64,000 nt of DNA from a virus (taxonomy: Duplodnaviria > Caudoviricetes): IMG/VR virus record IMGVR_UViG_3300001594_000003, positions 64,001 to 128,000 of that record, one strand, 5' to 3'. The stretch's first letter is position 1; every line of letters starts with the position of its first letter. Both the position numbers and the translations under genes were made by a program. Of this stretch, positions 57,383-64,000 are shown one piece after another. The notes below the pieces were generated by a model. That model saw nothing but the letters and a program-made list of their open reading frames with translations, had not been told where the DNA came from and did no database searches.

Positions 57383-58660
57383 TTAGACAAGTCGCTGTGA
57401 ATAGTTTGCGTGATGCACGGCTTGCGGTACTGCCTTGCGGTGCCACGTCTTAAGCGCTTGGAACACAAACAAGGTCGCTGTCACCGTTTGCAGATACTCA
57501 AACATACCTTGAAGTGGCCAAATGATCAAGAACGACAAGAACATGGCTACGGTAAAGTGCATATCTCGGCTCAGCCGCTTAGCTGTCACCCAGTAAGCAT
57601 ACAGACCCATAGGGATCACAACCGCAGACAAGAAGCCGAAGCGGAACAACGTACCAACAATACCAACGTCAGATAGGAAGAAGTAGTCACCGAAGTGTGG
57701 CTTGAAGCCTCCGTTCCACATCAAACTAAGGGAACCACTTGGCAACCACATGTTTGTGTCCAGGTGCTTCAAGATTTGACCAACCGTATTCTCACGGACG
57801 TTATCTTGTACGCCTTCCTCCACAGCTTGCATGTAGAAGTCTAGGCTCACGCCAAGATGCAATAGCAACTCTGGGTTCAAGTAGAAAGGCAGAGCAACCA
57901 GAACACCTACAACACCAAACTTCACGAATCGCAGCTTCAATGTCAGGATGCTGAACACCAAGCACACCAGAAGCAACTGGCGAGTTTGAGTCACAAACAC
58001 CAAGGTCATAAAGAACAACACGGCGAGCCCTATATAGATCATGCCGCCGCGCTTACTGCCGTCTATCATTGACTTGCCAGTATGCCAATAATAGACACAC
58101 ATGCAGAACCCAATGATCAATGCTTCGGCACCGATTGAAGCGCGACCTGGTCGACTCTGGTCATGCGAACCATCCAGGTCACGTAGTTCTGGTGTGATTT
58201 CCTTGAAGGCTAACCACGACAAAACAACTGCGACCATGGCGGTACTCAGGATCAATCGCTCGAACTGAGCAGCCGACATTCGGTGTGCCGCAAACAGTAA
58301 CCAGAAGGCACTGAAACACATTAGGACTCGACGTTCTTCAATCAGACCGTATTGAAACGGTTGACCATAATACAACATCGAGAACACGGCAGGCATCACG
58401 ACAAACATGAAGGTCATGAACAAGCAGAACGACAACAAGGCGTTGTACTCAGCCTTTCGACCTTTCGGTGAGCCCGCAATCAAGAATGCTGCGAAGCCAA
58501 GGCAGATAGCTATGTAGAGTTCTTGAACGTATTTGATTCCGATTGGGTTCATTGGGCTAGCGTCAAACAATCCGAAATGCAGGACCATCAACCCAAGCGT
58601 GAGCCCACATAGGATCACATTACCTTTACTTCGTTTTTCCGTATACATGAGCGGCTCCAT
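57383..58660 (-). CDS. Wzy/O-antigen-ligase-like polysaccharide polymerase
   Basis: About 11 TM; FVTQTRQLLL, periplasmic loop with R, YFFLSDVGIVGTLFRFG. Confidence 0.7.
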   Translation of the reverse strand: MEPLMYTEKRSKGNVILCGLTLGLMVLHFGLFDASPMNPIGIKYVQELYIAICLGFAAFLIAGSPKGRKAEYNALLSFCLFMTFMFVVMPAVFSMLYYGQPFQYGLIEERRVLMCFSAFWLLFAAHRMSAAQFERLILSTAMVAVVLSWLAFKEITPELRDLDGSHDQSRPGRASIGAEALIIGFCMCVYYWHTGKSMIDGSKRGGMIYIGLAVLFFMTLVFVTQTRQLLLVCLVFSILTLKLRFVKFGVVGVLVALPFYLNPELLLHLGVSLDFYMQAVEEGVQDNVRENTVGQILKHLDTNMWLPSGSLSLMWNGGFKPHFGDYFFLSDVGIVGTLFRFGFLSAVVIPMGLYAYWVTAKRLSRDMHFTVAMFLSFLIIWPLQGMFEYLQTVTATLFVFQALKTWHRKAVPQAVHHANYSQRLV

Positions 58661-58661
58661 T

Positions 58662-58847
58662 TCAATCCTTACTAGGCTTGCGCACTTGAGGAGGGGTGGT
58701 CATCTGTTCCATGACGCCCAGTTCTTTGTCTGATCGTGGTGCTTCGTGCTTACCTGCCCATAGGTAACCGAGCAGAATCAACAACACCACGACACCGTAG
58801 TTGAACAGCTTTTTGTGAATCTGATCTGGTGTAGGTTTCTCGTCCAT
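58662..58847 (-). CDS. Small single-TM protein
   Basis: YGVVVLLILLGYLW. Confidence 0.65.
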   Translation of the reverse strand: MDEKPTPDQIHKKLFNYGVVVLLILLGYLWAGKHEAPRSDKELGVMEQMTTPPQVRKPSKD

Positions 58848-58862
58848 ACTGCACCTGCGCTA

Positions 58863-59141
58863 TTAAGCCGTTACGGAATACTTTTCAGCACAAGGTGCGA
58901 GTTCCTCTCGAAGCATCTGCCGATCTAGCAGGTATGCCTTCAGATGGGAAATCGTTGTGCCAGAATCTATGGTCACACCAATGCTGAGGCTAACAGTGTA
59001 ACTACCGTCACCAAGATTGATCTGGAAAAGCATGTCGGAACCAGCGTACACGACAACACTGACTTTACCATTCTTCTCAACCTTAACGGTACGGTAGTCT
59101 TCCTTTAAAAACGTTTGAACTTCATTCGCAAACTGTTTCAT
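58863..59141 (-). CDS. Hypothetical early protein
   Basis: AAGGAG RBS; first gene after promoter 59222. Confidence 0.7.
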   Translation of the reverse strand: MKQFANEVQTFLKEDYRTVKVEKNGKVSVVVYAGSDMLFQINLGDGSYTVSLSIGVTIDSGTTISHLKAYLLDRQMLREELAPCAEKYSVTA

Positions 59142-59148
59142 TGCCGCT

Positions 59149-59393
59149 CCTTGCAAACTAATGCAACCTAACCTAAGACTATAACCACTAGCGTGCTAGC
59201 TCGGTTTTGCTCTGTGAGTTCATTATAGCATAGCTGCGAACAGTCGTCAATATCGCTAACGGTTATGTTTTTAGTTTAGGTATCTGACAGACCGCAACAT
59301 GTGGAGACTACGATCTGTCAGGCTCGAAAGCGAAAGGCAAAGGTCTTTACATAGCACGATCCGCAGACCTGAAAAAGGGAGCACTTGGCTCCC
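59149..59393 (-). repeat. Terminator-spacer-promoter-leader cassette, copy B
   Basis: Similar to 57129-57381. Confidence 0.85.
59222..59250 (-). promoter_or_regulatory. Near-consensus sigma70 early promoter
   Basis: TTGACG-17-TATAAT with TG upstream of -10 and A-rich UP region. Confidence 0.9.
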
Positions 59394-59398
59394 TATAG

Positions 59399-59635
59399 TC
59401 AGCTTCGGTTCAGTTGGTGATATCGGCGCTCTGCGGCTCGCTCTTGTACGAGTACATACAGCGTATACGCGATGGCGATTGGAGGTAAGACGAAAGCCAG
59501 TACACCAAGCATAATGTGATGCTTGTTGAGCATGAACATGCAACCCGCGATCCACGAAGCTGCAACCACGCACCCGAACAAAAACAGAAGCATCACACTG
59601 ATGCAACTGAAACCCAGAAGTAGTAACTGCTCCAT
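59399..59635 (-). CDS. Small 2-TM protein
   Basis: Hydrophobic; AGGAG RBS. Confidence 0.7.
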   Translation of the reverse strand: MEQLLLLGFSCISVMLLFLFGCVVAASWIAGCMFMLNKHHIMLGVLAFVLPPIAIAYTLYVLVQERAAERRYHQLNRS

Positions 59636-59636
59636 T

Positions 59637-60248
59637 TTAGACTCCTAGCTCCAAATCTTTTCTAGCTTGAAAACGGGCTTCCTCTTGTTTCAACGAATTG
59701 CCGTTTTCTACCCAAGGCACGAAGCCGGTCTGATCGCTCCAGTTCGCGTAGATTTCTTTGGCTCGCACTTCGATGCGCGGATCAACAGGGTGCATTGATA
59801 CTTCACAACACAGGTTGTGCTCGAATGCGTTGGTGCGGTCAGGACGTTTGCGCAGGTGATCCGCTTTGAACCCGTTGTTCGACAGATACACCATTGCGCG
59901 TCGAGACAAGTCATTGCCAGGATTGGCTTTATCCAGCTTGCGAGCCAGTTCACGTATCAGAGGTGCCATGTTATCGACTTGGGTCTCGCGCTTCTGTAGA
60001 CGACGCGACAACCAACGAATGCGAGACTTGGCAGCAGTTAACCAAACGATAGGCATCTTTGCTACGCCGGCTATGACCTGTTCAATAGGTGGTGTCTCGT
60101 TACCGTGCATGAACACGCCGTTGGCCAATTGATCGTCGGTCAGATCGCCCATATCGAGTTCGTGCCGTTCGCAGTCGTAACGACCAGCGTGAGGATCAGG
60201 TTCGCCGTTCTCGTACCAAGTAGACGATGGAGTTGTTGGTTTCATCAT
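59637..60248 (-). CDS. Hypothetical protein
   Basis: ORF track, coupled start. Confidence 0.75.
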   Translation of the reverse strand: MMKPTTPSSTWYENGEPDPHAGRYDCERHELDMGDLTDDQLANGVFMHGNETPPIEQVIAGVAKMPIVWLTAAKSRIRWLSRRLQKRETQVDNMAPLIRELARKLDKANPGNDLSRRAMVYLSNNGFKADHLRKRPDRTNAFEHNLCCEVSMHPVDPRIEVRAKEIYANWSDQTGFVPWVENGNSLKQEEARFQARKDLELGV

Positions 60249-60748
60249 GGCAACCTCAGATAGTGCAGCACCGTGAAATCTTCGTTTCGATGGTCTGTCA
60301 TGTGCTGTGTGAACGTGGTCGGAATTGGTGGAAGTCGCGTATCGCCTTCACACTCAAACGGGAACCTACTTATGATCAACTCATCCGCGTACTCGTATCC
60401 GAGCTTGAATACAGACGCTCCACCGATGATGAATACCTGTCCAGTCGTCGTTACGCTGGAGGCATCCCGCAGAAGTTGCGCAAGAGAATTACCACATGCG
60501 ACTCCAGGATACTTGCTCTGAAACGTGTCAACTTCATGGGTCAATACAAACGGCTTACGGTCAAACCATACGCTGCTTGGCATAGACTCAAAGGTCTTTC
60601 TTCCCATAACGAGAGGGCTGTTGGCGGTGGTGCGCTTGAAGTGCTGCAACTCGGAAGGCACGCGCCACGGTAACTTATCGTCGTGGCCTATAACACCATT
60701 GTTTGCCGCTGCTGCGATCTGGACAATGCGTGCGCTAAAACGTCCCAT
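60245..60748 (-). CDS. folA: Dihydrofolate reductase
   Basis: IAAAANNGVIG..LPWRVPSELQHFKRTT..VMGRKTFES..FIIGGASVF..EGDT. Confidence 0.92.
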   Translation of the reverse strand: MGRFSARIVQIAAAANNGVIGHDDKLPWRVPSELQHFKRTTANSPLVMGRKTFESMPSSVWFDRKPFVLTHEVDTFQSKYPGVACGNSLAQLLRDASSVTTTGQVFIIGGASVFKLGYEYADELIISRFPFECEGDTRLPPIPTTFTQHMTDHRNEDFTVLHYLRLP

Positions 60749-61190
60749 CAGGTAACTCCTTGACAGCTTTGCGTAGTGCCATGAAGCCAAGTTCAAACTG
60801 AGTATTGGCTATGTTTACCAAGCGCTTGTCGTGAATGTTTCGACCAAGTTCGATAAGATCGAACATGCTGCGAGCCAGTGCCTCCAGCATTCGATCAAAC
60901 TCCTCCTCCATAGAGAAGGTAGCCGCCTTTATGGCATCAGGATAAATCAGAACTGCAAAGCGCTGAGCACCTAGCGTGAAGCTCACTTCAAGGGTAATCG
61001 AGTCCTTTGAAGTACGCACACCACCGACGTTGAAGTCACTTCCGTAACGGTCGTCAAGCGTCTCGTTTAGGTGCGCTGTCATTTCACGATACAAGGTATC
61101 GTCCATGGGTTGATACGCAAACTTTTGCAGTTGCGCAGCTAACAGCTTTTCCATGAACGCTATGTTTGGCAGAAAACTAAATTGCATCAT
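60735..61190 (-). CDS. Hypothetical protein
   Basis: ORF track. Confidence 0.7.
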   Translation of the reverse strand: MMQFSFLPNIAFMEKLLAAQLQKFAYQPMDDTLYREMTAHLNETLDDRYGSDFNVGGVRTSKDSITLEVSFTLGAQRFAVLIYPDAIKAATFSMEEEFDRMLEALARSMFDLIELGRNIHDKRLVNIANTQFELGFMALRKAVKELPDGTF

Positions 61191-61202
61191 AGGAAAATTT
61201 CC

Positions 61203-61589
61203 TCAGGAATCGGCTACACCATCCAGACACATATCGCCGCGCTGTAGTGACTTGTTCAGGGTTTCGGCAAACGCCTTGCCGGTTGCTTCCAGTTTGCCCA
61301 CGGGCACTGCGCAGGCGTAGATTGCCAGACCAATGCGCGGATCGCCGTGGTATGCGTTCTTAGGCGCTACGATGTTGCCAGGTAACACGTGGCGACCACG
61401 CTTGTCGATCCCCAGCTGGGAACTCACGGCGACCAACTCAATCTGGGCATCTTCGTTGACACGCAGTACCACGAACGTATCCACGAAAGTCTGACCGTTC
61501 AGCTGGCGCAATCCCTTAGGTTGGTACCAGGTGATCCTGCGACTAGCTCGGCGACCACACAGCGTAGTGCGGTAGCGTTCTCGTTTCAT
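61203..61589 (-). CDS. Hypothetical protein
   Basis: AAGGAG RBS. Confidence 0.7.
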   Translation of the reverse strand: MKRERYRTTLCGRRASRRITWYQPKGLRQLNGQTFVDTFVVLRVNEDAQIELVAVSSQLGIDKRGRHVLPGNIVAPKNAYHGDPRIGLAIYACAVPVGKLEATGKAFAETLNKSLQRGDMCLDGVADS

Positions 61590-61729
61590 TTCTGTCTCCT
61601 TTGCTTGCGCGCCTTGGCCTTTTCACCTTTTGACCTGCGACGCGGAGCATACGGGTCTTCTGTTTCGGGCTGAGGTTGCGCTATGCACTTGGCAAGCGCC
61701 AGCGCGCTCAGCTTCATCATGAGCTTCAT
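61586..61729 (-). CDS. 47-aa basic microprotein (not in ORF track)
   Basis: ATGA overlaps at both ends; MKLMMKLSALALAKCIAQPQPETEDPYAPRRRSKGEKAKARKQRRQK. Confidence 0.6.
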   Translation of the reverse strand: MKLMMKLSALALAKCIAQPQPETEDPYAPRRRSKGEKAKARKQRRQK

Positions 61730-62721
61730 CCCATGAGAATCCAGTCGAGCGAGACAACCTCGTCGATACGGCTGGCTACGGTTTCGTCCATGTTGATACG
61801 AAATTCACCCTTGTCCATGAGCACCTCTACCTCGAACGACTGGTCTTGTGAACCACTAATGGCTGACATCGGGAATATCAGGTGCAGTACACAGTTGCGA
61901 GATTCCGCCCAAAAGAAGCGCGCCGCGGCAGGCGAAAGCATGTGGGCCTCGACGAAGTGTCTGGTGACATCGGCAGCTCGTTGTTGCAGAGCAAACCAGA
62001 AACTTAGGTCGAAGCCGCTGCCCTTATCGCTGTGGTTGCGTGCGTACTTACTGACTTCGTGCAGTACGGTAGCCACAAAAACCAAGTCCGGAAGAACACC
62101 GCCGCGAGCAGTACGATTGCCCCAGATTACCGGTCCGTGAATTGACACAGGCCCGACGTAGTTCATGCCGTTAGCTGCGATTTGGTCGCGCATGGCTGCC
62201 GGCTGTGGTCGCTTCCAATCGAGCTTGGCGCGGCTGAGTGCAGCGTCGGTTTTCGCACCAGCCAAAGCACCACCAACTTCAACCAACACGGAACGGATCA
62301 CTTCTGCTGTCTGGTCCACGAAAACGTCATTCGCGTTGACGTAGTACCACAGGCCTTCACTCTGTTTCAAGCTGGCGTTCGTGGTGACGTTGATCTTGAG
62401 TGGTGGGAATTTCGGCGTGTTGGCATCGCACTCCTGTTCAACGATCACCGGCATGCTTGGCTTCTGCTTGGTTGCGGGATCATGCAAGGTTGTCGATTTC
62501 AGCACTGGGACAGTACCCCACTCGCCGTCGCTTGGTCGCATGCGGTCGAGGAAGTTGTCGAGCGGTTTGCTCCACTTCTTCCCGTTGCTGCCGATATAGC
62601 TGACGGTGACTGGATATTCTTCCCTACGTTCAGGCTCTGCGTGCTCGTTGGTGATATCGTACACAATGTATTCGTTACCGTTGTGGTGCTTCCACTTGGA
62701 GCCAATCACTGGGATATTCAT
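61726..62721 (-). CDS. DUF1653-like N-domain fused to a possible tail-sheath-C-like domain
   Basis: KWKHHNGNEYIV..VSY..KWSKPLDNF; NGMNYV..GPVIWGNRT. Confidence 0.6.
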   Translation of the reverse strand: MNIPVIGSKWKHHNGNEYIVYDITNEHAEPERREEYPVTVSYIGSNGKKWSKPLDNFLDRMRPSDGEWGTVPVLKSTTLHDPATKQKPSMPVIVEQECDANTPKFPPLKINVTTNASLKQSEGLWYYVNANDVFVDQTAEVIRSVLVEVGGALAGAKTDAALSRAKLDWKRPQPAAMRDQIAANGMNYVGPVSIHGPVIWGNRTARGGVLPDLVFVATVLHEVSKYARNHSDKGSGFDLSFWFALQQRAADVTRHFVEAHMLSPAAARFFWAESRNCVLHLIFPMSAISGSQDQSFEVEVLMDKGEFRINMDETVASRIDEVVSLDWILMG

Positions 62722-62723
62722 TC

Positions 62724-63113
62724 TTACTTGATTCCTTTAACGATTGCGTAGGCTCGAACGCCACTATACATAGCGTGTCGTTTCCACTTCGGTACCTTGA
62801 GTACCTCCATGGCTTCTAGGAATATCCGGTCGCATTCCTTGCGAGTGAGTGTTACCACTTCACCGTTACGAATCATGGTGCGATGTACACACAGGTAATC
62901 GTGGACTACAGCAGCCTTACCGTAAATTCCCGTGGGCGGTACAATGCGCCACAGAAACTTTGGAGTGCTAGCGAAGTCTGTAACGAAGCCTACCGGAACT
63001 TCAACCCAGCATTCACTACCAAGTTCACCCTCATAGTAGATGAACGGTTCGTGTATGCGAAAGTTTATACCATCCAAATCTTCGATTATTAATCTTGTAG
63101 TGAAGCTGCTCAT
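62724..63113 (-). CDS. DUF1353 family protein
   Basis: VPVGFVTDFASTP..AAVVHDYL..CDRIFLEAM. Confidence 0.85.
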   Translation of the reverse strand: MSSFTTRLIIEDLDGINFRIHEPFIYYEGELGSECWVEVPVGFVTDFASTPKFLWRIVPPTGIYGKAAVVHDYLCVHRTMIRNGEVVTLTRKECDRIFLEAMEVLKVPKWKRHAMYSGVRAYAIVKGIK

Positions 63114-63736
63114 TCAAAGAACCCCAACAGTCGGCTATAGATACCAACATCGCGCGTAACGCGACCTGCCCACCCGTAGTAAAACTCCTCGTCTTTGACT
63201 CGGCGGCGAGTCAGATCGAGATAGTGATGGCCTTGCTCGCAAAGCAGCGTACATAGAAGGCGGTGGATGCCCTCTACTTTACGAATGCGAATGAAGGCAT
63301 CTAGCGCTTTGAGTGTGTTTGGTCCAAGCCCACCGTCAACAACTAAATCAGGGTACAGCTTGGCTCGATTGTTGTTGGCGTTGAGTATGTATTGCAGGTA
63401 TATAACTGCCTGCGTCACGCCCATGTTGATAGCCATATCAAAAACCTTATCGGCTATCAGTTGGTGACGCTTCAATAGCTCGTCGCCGTTAATGCGATTC
63501 CAGAAGTGCGTCTCGTAAAGCCAAAACGCCATCTCTTTGGTAAGATTGATCATCTTACCGTTCCAGTTGAAGTGTTTCTCCAACTTGTCTTTGTAGTCGT
63601 TCGCAAGGGCAGCAGTGATACCGTGATTGGTTTCACCGCCGCTATCTTTCTTGTTGTTTACATAACCGCCTTCAACGTTGGTTTTGTCTTCGATGATGGA
63701 TCGGCAGTTGTATTGACTCAGCGTAATAGGTGACAT
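63110..63736 (-). CDS. GH108 lysozyme (endolysin) with peptidoglycan-binding domain
   Basis: EGGYVNNKKDSGGETNHGIT; FDMAINMG; LVVDGGLGPNTL; FYYGWAGR. Confidence 0.92.
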   Translation of the reverse strand: MSPITLSQYNCRSIIEDKTNVEGGYVNNKKDSGGETNHGITAALANDYKDKLEKHFNWNGKMINLTKEMAFWLYETHFWNRINGDELLKRHQLIADKVFDMAINMGVTQAVIYLQYILNANNNRAKLYPDLVVDGGLGPNTLKALDAFIRIRKVEGIHRLLCTLLCEQGHHYLDLTRRRVKDEEFYYGWAGRVTRDVGIYSRLLGFFE

Positions 63737-63743
63737 AGGAGAA

Positions 63744-63784
63744 CCTCTAGGTGAAATGCAAAATCGCCCTTCACCTAGAAATTA
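63744..63784 (-). promoter_or_regulatory. RBS-occluding hairpin plus candidate late promoter
   Basis: TAATT-TCTAGGTGAA-14-TTCACCTAGA-GG..ATG. Confidence 0.6.
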
Positions 63785-63809
63785 CAGCTTATCTACACCA
63801 GTACACCCA

Positions 63810-64000
63810 TCATATAGAAATCGTACCTGCTTCGTAATAGACCTGATCGTTCGGATACTTGACGGCTTCTTCGGATACGCACCGCTTAGCCGCGTCTTCA
63901 TCCTCGAGTTCAAACAAAACTTCTCTGGTTATGTCAGGTTCTTTTATGAGTTCGTTGAAGAAGTCGTATTCCCTGTACACAATGAAGCCATCAACTTTCA
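63810..64000 (-). CDS. 3' end of hypothetical protein (starts beyond window)
   Basis: Open frame KVDGFIVYREYDFF...GTISI*. Confidence 0.6.
   Translation of the reverse strand, partial: KVDGFIVYREYDFFNELIKEPDITREVLFELEDEDAAKRCVSEEAVKYPNDQVYYEAGTISI

Noticed and set aside
59284-59370. RNA hairpins in the cassette upstream region (CTGACAGA/TCTGTCAG)
   Set aside because: Pairing is not preserved in copy A, so a conserved RNA structure is unsupported
53190-59399. Repeats as CRISPR array or IS ends
   Set aside because: Spaced kilobases apart, contain promoters, and no cas or transposase gene is present
59271-59606. 111-aa ORF across cassette B
   Set aside because: Overlaps a better TM gene and crosses a terminator and non-coding repeat

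Overview
A 64 kb segment of a large tailed (jumbo-like) dsDNA phage. The host is probably a Pseudomonas-type Gammaproteobacterium; this is inferred from the GH5, Wzy-like, Arc-type and winged-HTH genes, and no database was run. The window has two convergent blocks. (1) 1-31.8 kb, + strand, late/structural genes: HNL-repeat virion proteins, three paralogous fibre-subunit-like genes, two duplicated 'large propeller protein + 176-aa protein' pairs, two LamG adhesin/partner pairs, a GH5 glycanase, an atypical lysis cassette and a Nudix hydrolase. A four-gene secreted/membrane module is embedded near the start. (2) 32-64 kb, - strand, dense small early/accessory genes (nucleotidyltransferase, metallophosphoesterase, TraR/DksA, second Nudix, DHFR, Wzy-like polymerase, GH108 endolysin) driven by repeated sigma70 promoter cassettes. 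A TAATTT motif marks six intergenic sites and is a candidate late promoter. At two of them (upstream of the endolysin, and in a structured RNA at the block junction carrying an 11-nt perfect complement of the 16S rRNA 3' end) it sits in or at a hairpin that hides a Shine-Dalgarno sequence, suggesting an early-off/late-on RNA switch. No tRNA, rRNA, CRISPR array or transposase was recognised.
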